A DNA stretch of 53,303 nt from positions 1 through 53,303 of IMG/VR virus record IMGVR_UViG_3300030104_000911. One strand, given 5' to 3'. Made by a program: the position numbers and the translations under genes. Below are positions 1 through 9,821 of the stretch, one piece after another. Origin of the DNA: a virus. Taxonomy: Duplodnaviria > Caudoviricetes. The stretch's first letter is position 1, and the number at the start of each line of letters is the position of its first letter. The notes beneath the pieces are model-generated. The model searched no databases. It saw nothing but the letters and a program-made list of their open reading frames with translations, and had not been told where the DNA came from.

Positions 1-77
1 ACGTTCAAATAAAGTCGGATTACTCATTTGCCTGACTTAGTAACTATTTTCCTCAATTTATAGTTACAGCCTTTCTT

Positions 78-116
78 GTTCCCCTGTTATTCATGATTAG
101 ACAGGGGAACTTTTTT
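78..116 (+). terminator. Intrinsic terminator
   Basis: GTTCCCCTGT (78-87) pairs with ACAGGGGAAC (101-110), followed by TTTTTT. Confidence 0.8.
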
Positions 117-150
117 ATAGTATCGTTAAAATTATTTAGGGAGGTAAACT

Positions 151-453
151 ATGCCTGGGTATAAAATGAAAAATGGTTCTAAAGACTTTATGATTAAAAG
201 TTATAGAGACGGTGGTCTTGTAGAAACTAAATCTTATAGAGACGGTAAACTTGTTGTTGCTATGGCACCAGTGACAGACGACTCTAAAATAAAAATGTCA
301 GCAAAAGATTTAGTAGATAGATACGGAGAAGATGAAGCACGAGCTTTACTAGATACAATTAAAAAAAGTAATGAAAATCCTAATCTGTCTCCTGAGCCTC
401 TTACAAGAGAGTTAGAGAATAGAGCTAAATCTAGAGACGCTAAACCAAAATAA
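151..453 (+). CDS. Small hypothetical protein with tandem SYRDG(G/K)LV repeat
   Basis: SD GGAGGT upstream; 100-aa ORF directly before portal. Confidence 0.75.
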   Translation: MPGYKMKNGSKDFMIKSYRDGGLVETKSYRDGKLVVAMAPVTDDSKIKMSAKDLVDRYGEDEARALLDTIKKSNENPNLSPEPLTRELENRAKSRDAKPK

Positions 454-456
454 GAT

Positions 457-2514
457 ATGGTATTACAAGTAATAGGTAACGAAGAGCTCGTTAAAAAAGA
501 AAAGGAAGAAGCTCAAAAAGCTATGGAAGAGAGGCAGTCTGAAGATGTTATCTTAGGACTTGCTTCTCATATGCGTGAGTGTTGGGATGCAGCTAGACAA
601 GCTAAAAAACCTATAGAAAATATAATGCTCAAAGGTCTTAGACAGAGAAACGGAGAGTATGAAGAAGACAAGCTTGCACAAATACAAGCACAAGGTGGCT
701 CTGATATATACATGATGATTACGGAAGTTAAGTGTAGAGCTGCCGAAAGTTGGCTCCGTGATATATTACTAGAAACAGGAACGCCACCATGGGATATACA
801 ACCTACACCTATACCAGAATTATCACCACAACAACTACAAGAAATAGAAAATTCTTTTTCTGCAGAAGTAGTTAGGCTTGTTGAAGCCGAAGGCCAAGCA
901 CCTACCCCAGATAAAATGGCCGAGATAAAAGAGATGATAGCTCAAGATTATAGATTTAAATTACTACAAGCTGCTGATACTAGAGCTAAAAAAATGAAAA
1001 TAAAAATAACTGACCAGTTTGCACAAGGTGGTTGGGGAGAGTCATTTAATGATTTTATTACTGATTTAGTTACATATCCATGTGCTTTTATTAAAGGGCC
1101 TATTGTTCGTAGACAAAGAAAACTATCTTATACTCAAAACGAAGAAGGTAAAACTGTTGTTGAAGCTGATGAAATTATTGCACCAGAGTTTGAAAGAGTA
1201 GACCCCTTTAGAATGTATCCAGAGCCTGGAGTTACCAATATTAATGATGGGTATTTATTTGAACACCACCCACTAAGCCGTATGGATTTATCAGATTTAA
1301 TTGGTGTTCCAGGATATGACGACGAAGCAGTTAGAAAAGTATTAGATATAGGTAATGGGCAATCTTGGATTAACGAGGATGTAGAGTTAGCTAAAGATGA
1401 AGAAGAAAGAAAGTTTCATGCATTTGATAGGCCTACTGAGATATTTGATGCTTTAGAGTTCTGGGGTAAAGTAAGTGGTCATATGTTAAAAGAATGGGGT
1501 TTAGAAGATGAAGGCGAGGAAATAGATGATGCTCGTGAATATGATGCTAATGTTTGGATTGTTGGTAATTATGTTATTAAAGCAGTACTTAACTATGACC
1601 CATTAGGTGAAAAACCTTACGCTAAGACTTCATTTATTAAACATCCAGGAGCATTCTGGGGTAAAGGATTACCAGAAATTATAGAAGATTTACAAGGTGT
1701 ATGTAATGCAGCAGCCCGTGCGTTAGTTAATAACATGGGTATATCAAGTGGGCCACAGGTTGAAGTTAACCTTGAAAGGATTCCACCAAATGAAGACATT
1801 ACACAAATGCACCCATGGAAAATATGGCAGGTTACTAATGACCCATTAGGTTCTAGTGCTCCTGCAGTTAGGTTTAATCAACCTAACGATAATGCTAATA
1901 CTTTACTAGGTGTATATGAAAGATTTGCTAAACTAGCTGATGACCATTCTGGTATACCATCTTACTTACAAGGCGATATAAATGTAAAAGGAGCAGGACG
2001 TACAGCATCTGGTCTTTCGATGTTATTAGGGTCTGCAGGAAAAGGTATACGACAAGTGGTTATGCACATAGATAGTGATGTTATAAAACCTGTTGTACAC
2101 AGACAGTTTGTGTATAACATGCGATATGATGAAGACGAATCAATTAAAGGTGATGTAGAAATATTACCAAAAGGTTCAATTAATCTTGCAGTTAAAGAAA
2201 CTGTTAACGTTAGAAGAATAGAATTTCTTAATGCAACCGCCAATGAAATCGACATGTCGATTGTTGGTAGAGAAGGCCGTGCAGCGATACTTCGTGAAGT
2301 GGCTAAAAGTTTGCAAATGCCTGTGGATGAAATTGTTCCATCTAGGGAGAAAAATACTTATATGCAAGAGTTGTCTGCTAGAAGGGAGATTGAGGCTGAA
2401 CAAGCCCAGCAACTTCCTGTAAAAAGCGGAACACCAACTCAACCAGATGGTAGCCCAAAAGGTGGAATGGATGGAAACACAGTTAACAACCGTAGCATTG
2501 GGAGGAAGTCATGA
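457..2514 (+). CDS. Portal protein (podovirus type)
   Basis: 685 aa; first large gene of the head module, upstream of scaffold and capsid; segments typical of this portal class (FWGKGLPEII, ARALVNNMGISSGPQ, GRTASGLSML). Confidence 0.88.
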   Translation: MVLQVIGNEELVKKEKEEAQKAMEERQSEDVILGLASHMRECWDAARQAKKPIENIMLKGLRQRNGEYEEDKLAQIQAQGGSDIYMMITEVKCRAAESWLRDILLETGTPPWDIQPTPIPELSPQQLQEIENSFSAEVVRLVEAEGQAPTPDKMAEIKEMIAQDYRFKLLQAADTRAKKMKIKITDQFAQGGWGESFNDFITDLVTYPCAFIKGPIVRRQRKLSYTQNEEGKTVVEADEIIAPEFERVDPFRMYPEPGVTNINDGYLFEHHPLSRMDLSDLIGVPGYDDEAVRKVLDIGNGQSWINEDVELAKDEEERKFHAFDRPTEIFDALEFWGKVSGHMLKEWGLEDEGEEIDDAREYDANVWIVGNYVIKAVLNYDPLGEKPYAKTSFIKHPGAFWGKGLPEIIEDLQGVCNAAARALVNNMGISSGPQVEVNLERIPPNEDITQMHPWKIWQVTNDPLGSSAPAVRFNQPNDNANTLLGVYERFAKLADDHSGIPSYLQGDINVKGAGRTASGLSMLLGSAGKGIRQVVMHIDSDVIKPVVHRQFVYNMRYDEDESIKGDVEILPKGSINLAVKETVNVRRIEFLNATANEIDMSIVGREGRAAILREVAKSLQMPVDEIVPSREKNTYMQELSARREIEAEQAQQLPVKSGTPTQPDGSPKGGMDGNTVNNRSIGRKS

Positions 2515-2726
2515 TAAGACCAGACCTTAAAGTTGTTAAGTCTCTAGCAATAGTTGAACGCCAACATTCTAATATATTAGATTTTTTAGAAGCATGGCAT
2601 AAACATGAGTTAGAACAGCTACCAAATGTTACACAAAATGTGGCACTTGCACAGGGACGGTGTCAGGTTTTGAAAGAGTTAGTGGAACTCATTAAAAAGT
2701 CCCCAGACTATACGGCAAAGTCATGA
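2511..2726 (+). CDS. Small protein between portal and scaffold
   Basis: ATGA overlap with portal, SD GGAGG, AQGRCQVL segment. Confidence 0.75.
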   Translation: MIRPDLKVVKSLAIVERQHSNILDFLEAWHKHELEQLPNVTQNVALAQGRCQVLKELVELIKKSPDYTAKS

Positions 2727-2767
2727 GACAGCTGTTAGATAACGCATACCAATAGGAGCGAAACATT

Positions 2768-3811
2768 ATGGCAATACCAAAGCAAGTTCAAAAACAATCT
2801 GAGGATGTACAAGCATTGTATAAAGAACTCAATGAAGAAACAGAGAAGAATGCTAAAGAAGAAAGTGTAGAAGAAACTACACCAGAAACTACAGCTGAAA
2901 CTTCTGCTGAAGTACCTGTTGAGGAAGATACAACTACGTCTTCCGACAGTGTAGAAAAACAAGCACCTAAATCTGATGCTGGTGAGCACAGCACTTCAGA
3001 TGATAAACAGATTAAAGATGAAACCTGGGAACAGAAATATAGAACGTTACAAGGTATGTATAATACTGATGTTCCACGATTAAATTCGGCGAACAAAAAT
3101 TTAAACGACCGTGTATCCCAACTAGAAGGTTTGTTGAGCACAATTAACGAATCAAAAGAGACACCTGTTGAAACACCAGTCGAAAAGTTAATTACTGAAG
3201 ACGATGTTAAAGAATATGGTGATTCTATTGATGTTATGCGTAGAGCAGCAAAAGAAGAAGTAGCAGGAGAATTGGCTCGTGTTAAAGAGTTGGAAGCAGA
3301 GATAGAAAAGTTGAAAGGCGTAGTACCACAAGTACAACAAGTCCAACAACAACAAAAGACTACTGCTGAACAAAATTTCTGGAATGTTTTAAATAAAGAA
3401 GTACCTGATTGGAATGAGGTCAATAGTAATCCTGATTTTCAATCTTGGTTACTTGAAGTTGACCCTTTAACAGGTATGACTAGACAAACTTATTTAGAAG
3501 ATGCCCAAAAAAAACTAGACCCTATGAGGGTAGCAACATTTTTTTCTACTTATAAAAAGGCTACAGGTACTGCTGATGATGCTCGTGAGACCCACAGTTC
3601 TAATACAGAACTAGCAAAACAGGTAGCACCAGGGCGTGGACGCTCTGCAAAACCTACTGCTAGTGGAGGCAAAACATATACACCAGCTGACATTAAAAAG
3701 TTTTTTGAAGATGTTAGATTTGGAAGGTATAAAGGTCGTGAAGAAGAACGTGGAAAAATAGAACGTGACATTTTTGCTGCACAGCAAGAAGGTCGCATAA
3801 CTAATGCGTAA
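2768..3811 (+). CDS. Capsid scaffolding protein
   Basis: Acidic disordered N-terminus, coiled coil (WEQKYRTLQGMY), C-terminal AQQEGRI, immediately upstream of capsid. Confidence 0.8.
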   Translation: MAIPKQVQKQSEDVQALYKELNEETEKNAKEESVEETTPETTAETSAEVPVEEDTTTSSDSVEKQAPKSDAGEHSTSDDKQIKDETWEQKYRTLQGMYNTDVPRLNSANKNLNDRVSQLEGLLSTINESKETPVETPVEKLITEDDVKEYGDSIDVMRRAAKEEVAGELARVKELEAEIEKLKGVVPQVQQVQQQQKTTAEQNFWNVLNKEVPDWNEVNSNPDFQSWLLEVDPLTGMTRQTYLEDAQKKLDPMRVATFFSTYKKATGTADDARETHSSNTELAKQVAPGRGRSAKPTASGGKTYTPADIKKFFEDVRFGRYKGREEERGKIERDIFAAQQEGRITNA

Positions 3812-3827
3812 ATAACAGGAGGCTATT

Positions 3828-4733
3828 ATGGCTTTTGCGACATCACCAGGTCATCCTTCTTATACAGGTAATTTTATACCTGAGATTTGGTCTGGTAAGT
3901 TGATTGAGAATTTCTACGACGCTACAGTGCTCGCAGCAATCTCAAACACTGACTATGAAGGTGAGATTCGTAACATGGGCGATACGGTTAATATTCGTAC
4001 AACCCCCGAAATCACTATTCAAACTTACGTTAAGGGACAAACTCTTGCAGTTGAAAACCCTGACAAAAATAAATTACAACTCATTATTGACAAAGGTGAA
4101 TACTTTGCTTGTGTTGAAGATGATGTTGACCAAGTACAAACAGACATAGCTCTTATGGACATGTGGTCTAAAGACGCTTCAGAGCGTATGAAGATTAAAA
4201 TTGACCAAAGAGTATTGACTGACTTATTAACTGATGTATCTGCGTCAAACAAAGGACAAACAGCTGGAGCAATCTCTGGTAACATTGACCTTGGTGTAGC
4301 AGGTACTCCAGAAGCACTTACTACTTCAAATGTAATTGGTAAGATTGTTGATATGGGTACAGTACTTGACGAAGCTAACTGTCCTGAGCAGAATCGTTTT
4401 CTAGTGATTCCTGCTAAGATGGCTGGTTTAATCAAACAATCAGACTTAAAAGATGCGTCTATTACTGGTGACGGAAGCACACCATTAAGAAACGGTCGTT
4501 TAGGTATGATTGATAGATTTACAGTATATGTAAGTCACAACCTTAAAAAGAGCGGAAGTGAGTTTAGCGTTATTGCTGGACACACAATGGGGTTCACCTT
4601 TGCGTCACAAATGACAAACATGGAGACAATCCGTTCAGAAACAACATTCGGAAACATCATTCGTGGTCTTCAAGTTTATGGCTATAAAGTCGTTAAACCT
4701 GAAGCTCTTGCTACAATGATTGTTACTGTGTAA
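3828..4733 (+). CDS. Major capsid protein (HK97 fold)
   Basis: FIPEIWSGKL...NTDYEGEI...GDTVNIR N-terminus and RGLQVYGYKVVKPEAL C-terminus; strong SD AGGAGG. Confidence 0.92.
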   Translation: MAFATSPGHPSYTGNFIPEIWSGKLIENFYDATVLAAISNTDYEGEIRNMGDTVNIRTTPEITIQTYVKGQTLAVENPDKNKLQLIIDKGEYFACVEDDVDQVQTDIALMDMWSKDASERMKIKIDQRVLTDLLTDVSASNKGQTAGAISGNIDLGVAGTPEALTTSNVIGKIVDMGTVLDEANCPEQNRFLVIPAKMAGLIKQSDLKDASITGDGSTPLRNGRLGMIDRFTVYVSHNLKKSGSEFSVIAGHTMGFTFASQMTNMETIRSETTFGNIIRGLQVYGYKVVKPEALATMIVTV

Positions 4734-4748
4734 CTTAGGAGGACTAAA

Positions 4749-5216
4749 ATGGCTGCATATACAGATTCGCATGGCTTTGATAAAGGTTCTGCGGCACATC
4801 CTGCCAAAGGCATTAACAGAGTCGGCTATATCGAAGTGGAATTAAATTTCGCTACAATAACTGCGGACAGAGCTACAGCAGGTGCTACGGCACTAGCGGC
4901 TGGAGACTCTCTTCAAGTCCTTAGTATACCAGCTAACACACTAGTGCTAGCGGTAGGAGCAACTACTACAACTGCAGAAGGTGCAGCATCAACGTTTGAC
5001 CTTGGTCTTACTGGTGGTGATGTAGATGGTTTTGTTGATGGTGGCGATGCCAACTCAACAGGAACAACATCATCAAATGGTGCACTTTTAAGTGGTGACA
5101 ATCAAAGTCATTATTTTGCAACTGCAGACACTATTGATATGCTTATTGGTGTATCAGGTGCTGTAACAGATGCTGCTGTAATTAAGGTATGGGCGGTTAT
5201 TGCTGACTGTTCATAA
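4749..5216 (+). CDS. Probable capsid decoration/cement protein
   Basis: 155 aa, Ala/Gly/Thr-rich, beta-like; directly after capsid with SD AGGAGG. Confidence 0.6.
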   Translation: MAAYTDSHGFDKGSAAHPAKGINRVGYIEVELNFATITADRATAGATALAAGDSLQVLSIPANTLVLAVGATTTTAEGAASTFDLGLTGGDVDGFVDGGDANSTGTTSSNGALLSGDNQSHYFATADTIDMLIGVSGAVTDAAVIKVWAVIADCS

Positions 5217-5231
5217 TAAAACATAGCAACG

Positions 5232-5258
5232 GTTGGGGGGTAACTATAACCCCCCGAC
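5232..5258 (+). terminator. GC-rich hairpin after the capsid/decoration genes (terminator or mRNA stabiliser)
   Basis: GTTGGGGGGT-aactata-ACCCCCCGAC; no clear U-tract. Confidence 0.5.
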
Positions 5259-5277
5259 TAAAACATAGGAGATAAAA

Positions 5278-5550
5278 ATGGCAGAGAAAAAAAGATGGCT
5301 TAGAAATATTGTAGATGGTGAAATTTACGAATGGGATGAAATACTTGACGCAAATCCTAGGACAGAAGAAGTGACTGAAGAACAAGCATTTCCAGAAAAG
5401 TTTATGACTAAAGAACAAAAAAGTCGTAAACCAAAAGTTAATTTAGAAACTAAAACTTTACCTAAGAAAAAGAAATCTGATAAGGTAGAACTAGAAGAAG
5501 AAGTTACACGAAGTATTAAAAAAGTTACATCTAAAAAGAGTAAAAAATGA
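5278..5550 (+). CDS. Hypothetical Lys-rich protein
   Basis: SD AGGAG; ATGA overlap with next gene. Confidence 0.7.
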   Translation: MAEKKRWLRNIVDGEIYEWDEILDANPRTEEVTEEQAFPEKFMTKEQKSRKPKVNLETKTLPKKKKSDKVELEEEVTRSIKKVTSKKSKK

Positions 5551-6209
5551 TTTTAAATGATGTTGTTACTGAGGTTAGAAGAATGTTGCAAGATGAAAAT
5601 TCTCCTCAGAGATATTCTGACACAGTGCTTATAGGATTTGCAAATCAAGCTTTAAAACGTATTGCAGTTCTTAGACCTGACTTGTTTGCTAAAGTAAGCA
5701 CAATGACTTGTACAACAAATGAAGCTATACAGTCAGCACCTACCGACTCATTGCGTATTATGGAAGTTTTTTCAGTAAGTGGTGGTAATGGATGTATAGA
5801 AGTTAACAGAGAATCACTAGACCAATCATATCCACAATGGCTAAACGATACTGCAGGAGCAGCAGTAAATTGGATGAGGCATACAAGAAATGCTAATAAA
5901 TTTTTTATATATCCTAAATCTCCAGCAGGACAAGTATTAGATATTGAATACGCACAAAGCCCACCTACTTATGATGGAACTACAACTGTAGATTTATTAT
6001 CAGATGCCTACTTTCCAGTAGTAGTTGACGCTACAATATTTTTAGCTGAATCTGTTGATAACGAGCATGTTAATTCAAAAAGAGCTGAAATATTTTACAA
6101 ATCGTTTACACAATCTTTAGGTGTTAATGCATCAAGTAGAGTAGTAACAGATACAGAAGATGCAGGACTTACCAAAATTAAACAAGCACAAGAAGAGGAT
6201 TTAACATAA
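5547..6209 (+). CDS. Head-tail adaptor protein 1
   Basis: Helical N-terminus (VRRMLQD...RYSD..LI.FANQA...RPD), IYP motif, position after capsid. Confidence 0.7.
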   Translation: MILNDVVTEVRRMLQDENSPQRYSDTVLIGFANQALKRIAVLRPDLFAKVSTMTCTTNEAIQSAPTDSLRIMEVFSVSGGNGCIEVNRESLDQSYPQWLNDTAGAAVNWMRHTRNANKFFIYPKSPAGQVLDIEYAQSPPTYDGTTTVDLLSDAYFPVVVDATIFLAESVDNEHVNSKRAEIFYKSFTQSLGVNASSRVVTDTEDAGLTKIKQAQEEDLT

Positions 6210-6862
6210 TGGCAGGAACTAGAACATTTCTTGATATTGTAAATAGATTATCACCTAGTGTTCCTGGGTGTCCTAATCCAATTATAGAGCATTATGTTCG
6301 TGATGCTACAATAGAAGCATGTGAACGTACTTTAGCGTGGAGGTACGAACAACCACGTATTCGATTAGTTGTAGGTGCACATGATTATGCTTATGAGTGT
6401 CCAACTAATTCTGAAGTTCATGCATTTATTACAGCTACTGTAAATGATGAAATGTTAACGCCTGTTACTTTAGATAAAATGTATAAACTATATCCTAGAT
6501 GGCCTAATCAACCTACTACGTCTAGAGCAAAACCACAATATATAACCCAGTTAGACCCAGACCACTTTTCAGTAGCTCCTATTCCAGATGATGATGAAAC
6601 ATATGATGTGCGAATGATTGTATGTTTAAAACCATTAAGAACAGCAGATAGCATGGATAAAACAGTTTTAGATGAATTAGAAAACGTTATTATGCATGGG
6701 GCACTTCAACACCTATTAGTATTGCCAGACAGAAGCTGGAGTGATAGAGAACTAGCTTCTTATCATGCAAAACAATATGCGTTTAAATTATCTGAACGTA
6801 GAGCAAGAGCAAATTTAGGTGCAGGTAGGGCTTCAATGAGAGTTAAAGCACAACGATTTTAA
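6209..6862 (+). CDS. Head-tail adaptor protein 2
   Basis: Same size and layout (VPGCP, EACERT..WR, VAPIPD, IMHGAL); TAATG coupling. Confidence 0.65.
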   Translation: MAGTRTFLDIVNRLSPSVPGCPNPIIEHYVRDATIEACERTLAWRYEQPRIRLVVGAHDYAYECPTNSEVHAFITATVNDEMLTPVTLDKMYKLYPRWPNQPTTSRAKPQYITQLDPDHFSVAPIPDDDETYDVRMIVCLKPLRTADSMDKTVLDELENVIMHGALQHLLVLPDRSWSDRELASYHAKQYAFKLSERRARANLGAGRASMRVKAQRF

Positions 6863-6872
6863 GGGGTAACTT

Positions 6873-7205
6873 ATGGCAGATGTAATTAAATTAGTAAAAG
6901 GAGATGAGTTACCTTTAATTATACTAACTCTAACTGATGATGTAGCAAATACAGCATTAGATTTATCGGCTGGAACTACTTCAGTATCTGTAAAGTTTAG
7001 AGCTGTAGGTGGAACGTCAGTGTTATCTACAATAAGTTGTGCAAAAACAACCGATGGCTCAGATGGAAAAGTGCAGTTTAGTTTTTCAGGTGGTGTATTA
7101 GATGTTGACGAAGGTATGTACGAAGGAGAAATTATAGTTAATTATAATGGTAGCTTACATACAGTATATGATTTATTAAAATTTAGAGTAAGGAGTAGTT
7201 TTTAG
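6873..7205 (+). CDS. BppU-like Ig-fold tail protein
   Basis: LVKGDELP...DLS...DGKVQF...GMYEGEI pattern. Confidence 0.6.
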   Translation: MADVIKLVKGDELPLIILTLTDDVANTALDLSAGTTSVSVKFRAVGGTSVLSTISCAKTTDGSDGKVQFSFSGGVLDVDEGMYEGEIIVNYNGSLHTVYDLLKFRVRSSF

Positions 7206-7915
7206 TGGCTAATATAAAACTTACATCCGCTTTAGCAGCAACAGCCATATCATTTACAGTAAGTGTTAATAGTATTTCTGCATCCGTATCTGGTGAAACA
7301 GAAGTTGTTTCATCTTCAGCTTTAGGAACAAGCATATCATTTAGTCATGAATTAGTACCAACTAGAACTATGGTAGGTGTTTCGGTTAGTATTACAGAAT
7401 CAAACGTAAAAACTATAAGTTCTGTTTTAAGCGATACACCATCTATAACAGAAAGCCCAGCTATAAATGTAAGCCAAGTTTCTACTGATTCATTTTCTGT
7501 ATCAGATGCTCCAGTATTTAATCTTTCACAAGTTTTAGTTGATACTGCTAGTGTGTCAGCTGAACCTAGTAAAATATTTCAGTCTGAGATTGATTTTGAT
7601 TTATCTGATACTGATATAGACCCAGACCCAGTTACTGTGTCTGATGCTATTGTTGTTCAGTTTGAATATGATTTAGCAGATACACCATCTATAGCAGATT
7701 CACCAGCATTAAATGTAACACCTGCAGGTAAATCAGATAGTTTTTCTGTTTCAGATTCACCAGTGTTACAACCAAGTTTAGCACCGACAGACAGCGTTAC
7801 ACCTGGGGACAGCGGTGGATTAGTAATCAATTACGTGTATACTGATGTAGATGACACTACATTAGGAGGACATATATTTAACCAAACTCCAATTAATCCT
7901 GGGGGGTACGAATAG
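7205..7915 (+). CDS. Ser/Asp-rich repetitive tail protein
   Basis: GTG start overlapping the previous stop; repeated DxxSxSD-type units. Confidence 0.65.
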   Translation: MANIKLTSALAATAISFTVSVNSISASVSGETEVVSSSALGTSISFSHELVPTRTMVGVSVSITESNVKTISSVLSDTPSITESPAINVSQVSTDSFSVSDAPVFNLSQVLVDTASVSAEPSKIFQSEIDFDLSDTDIDPDPVTVSDAIVVQFEYDLADTPSIADSPALNVTPAGKSDSFSVSDSPVLQPSLAPTDSVTPGDSGGLVINYVYTDVDDTTLGGHIFNQTPINPGGYE

Positions 7916-7925
7916 AGGATAAATT

Positions 7926-8366
7926 ATGATAAGTGATTTAATAAAAATAAAAGGTGACTTAAAAATTACAGTTACCAATCCAGAAGGTAAAATTAAACAG
8001 GAAGTAGAAGTTCCTAATTTAGTTGTTACTACAGGAAAAAACTTTATTGCATCTAGAATGAAAGACGCTTCTGCTACTGCTATGACACATATGGCTATTG
8101 GCACAGGTAGTACTTCAGCAGCCGCTGGAGATACTGCTCTTGGTAGTGAGGCAGGACGAGTAGCACTTACTTCTACAACTGTTACTAGTAATGCTGTAGC
8201 TTATGTTGCATCTTTTCCTGCTGGAACAGGCACTGGAGCAATAACTGAAGCAGGACTACTTAATGCAAGTTCAAGCGGAACTTTGCTATGTAGGACTGTA
8301 TTTTCTGTGATTAATAAAGCTTCTGGGGATACATTAGGTATTACTTGGACTGTAACTGTAAGCTAA
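7926..8366 (+). CDS. Tail/tail-fibre attachment protein
   Basis: NLVVTTGK...MAIGTG...TALGSE...ITEAGL...RTVFSVINK...ITW pattern. Confidence 0.7.
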   Translation: MISDLIKIKGDLKITVTNPEGKIKQEVEVPNLVVTTGKNFIASRMKDASATAMTHMAIGTGSTSAAAGDTALGSEAGRVALTSTTVTSNAVAYVASFPAGTGTGAITEAGLLNASSSGTLLCRTVFSVINKASGDTLGITWTVTVS

Positions 8367-8384
8367 TAAAAGGAGATTTGTTTA

Positions 8385-9821
8385 ATGACCGTTCTATTTA
8401 AAAACAATGCTCATTCAACATTAGCTTCTAGCATTACGGATTCTGCTACAAGTATTACTCTTGCTTCAGGCCATGGAGATGCTAGGTTTCCAGTTACAGC
8501 AAGCCCAAATTATTTTTATGCAACTCTCATTGATAGTTCAAATAACTTAGAGGTTGTAAAATGTACTGCAAGGTCTAGTGATGTCCTTACAGTTGTTAGA
8601 GCTCAAGAAGGTACCTCAGCAAGAGCTTATTCTACAGGTGATAGAATAGAGCTTAGAATTACAGCACAAGGTTTAGAAGATTTAAATGGTACACGAGCTA
8701 GTGAATATAAATCAAACTGGGGTAGCTCATCAGCTCCTATAACCCATACTGTAACTGTCGGAACTAAAACAGGTGCACATCCATATACAGGAGTAGGTTC
8801 TAGTAATGCTTACTTTATAGACAATATAGAGTCACCTGTTTTAGCGTTTGATGGTGCAGATACAGGCAAAACTTATTACTACAGATTCGACCAATCAGAT
8901 TCAAGTAACAGCGGGCATCCATTAAGGTTTTATTTAAATGCTGCAAAAAGCACAGCTTATACAACTAATGTAACAACTAATGGTACACCTGGTAATGCTG
9001 GTGCATACACACAAATACAAGTAGATGAGTACACTCCAAACTTGTTGTACTATCAATGCAGTAGTCATGCACACATGGGTAATTACATACATCATATTTC
9101 TAATATGTTTAACAGTAATGGCGTGCTGTTTAAAATGCCAACAGCAGATGGTTCTGCTGGGCAAATATTAAAAACTGATGGCTCTGGAGTATTAAGTTTT
9201 GTAGCAGCAGCAACAGCAACATATCCAACTGTTACAGGCGTAACTCCTTCATCTACAGGTAATACTGCAGCTAACCTTGTTATTGCGGGAACAAATTTTG
9301 TAACAGGATGTCATGTAGAATTTATAAATTCATCTGGGGTTATAACTCTACCAAATAGTATTACAAGAGATTCAGCAACACAGATTACAGTTAATGCAAC
9401 ACTACCCACTGATGGTACATACTTTATCAGAGTTGAGAATCCTGATGGATTAGCAGCAAGGTCAAGTTCTGCGATACTTACAGTATCAGACGCACCAACA
9501 TGGAGTACATCAGCTGGAAGTTTAGGAAGTGTAGCGGCTGGAGCATCAGTATCTTTAGATGTAGACGCTTCATCAGATTCAACAGTAGCGTTTAGTGAAA
9601 CTACAAGTGTGCTTACAAGTAATACTGACACACCAGCATCTACTATGAATTTAACCCTCAACTCATCGACAGGAGCTATAACAGGAACAGCTCCTAGTCC
9701 GACAAGTGAGACCACATATAACTTTACCCTACGAGCAACAGATGCAGAATCGCAAACAGCAGACAGAGCATTTAGTATTACAGTAGCGGTAGGAATGAAC
9801 AACACAGGACAATTTAACTAA
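8385..9821 (+). CDS. Tail fibre: N-terminal attachment domain, cupredoxin-like domain, IPT/Ig domains
   Basis: NNAxxTLA N-domain; GHPLRF...YYQCSSHAHMG; LKTDGSGVLSF linker; PTVTGVTP...IRVENPDG; YNFTLRATD Ig repeat. Confidence 0.8.
   Translation: MTVLFKNNAHSTLASSITDSATSITLASGHGDARFPVTASPNYFYATLIDSSNNLEVVKCTARSSDVLTVVRAQEGTSARAYSTGDRIELRITAQGLEDLNGTRASEYKSNWGSSSAPITHTVTVGTKTGAHPYTGVGSSNAYFIDNIESPVLAFDGADTGKTYYYRFDQSDSSNSGHPLRFYLNAAKSTAYTTNVTTNGTPGNAGAYTQIQVDEYTPNLLYYQCSSHAHMGNYIHHISNMFNSNGVLFKMPTADGSAGQILKTDGSGVLSFVAAATATYPTVTGVTPSSTGNTAANLVIAGTNFVTGCHVEFINSSGVITLPNSITRDSATQITVNATLPTDGTYFIRVENPDGLAARSSSAILTVSDAPTWSTSAGSLGSVAAGASVSLDVDASSDSTVAFSETTSVLTSNTDTPASTMNLTLNSSTGAITGTAPSPTSETTYNFTLRATDAESQTADRAFSITVAVGMNNTGQFN

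Noticed and set aside
1-34. Possible 3' end of the terminase large subunit (VQIKSDYSFA-stop)
   Set aside because: Only ten codons; position is suggestive but the identity cannot be supported
2231-2422. +1-frame ORF inside the portal gene, with some C/G-ending host codons
   Set aside because: No SD upstream and no recognisable protein features
2735-4480. Long antisense and alternate-frame ORFs over scaffold and capsid (likewise 9311..9805, 15814..16326, 32227..32676, 48732..49307)
   Set aside because: Shadows of biased codon usage on the coding strand; no SD or motifs
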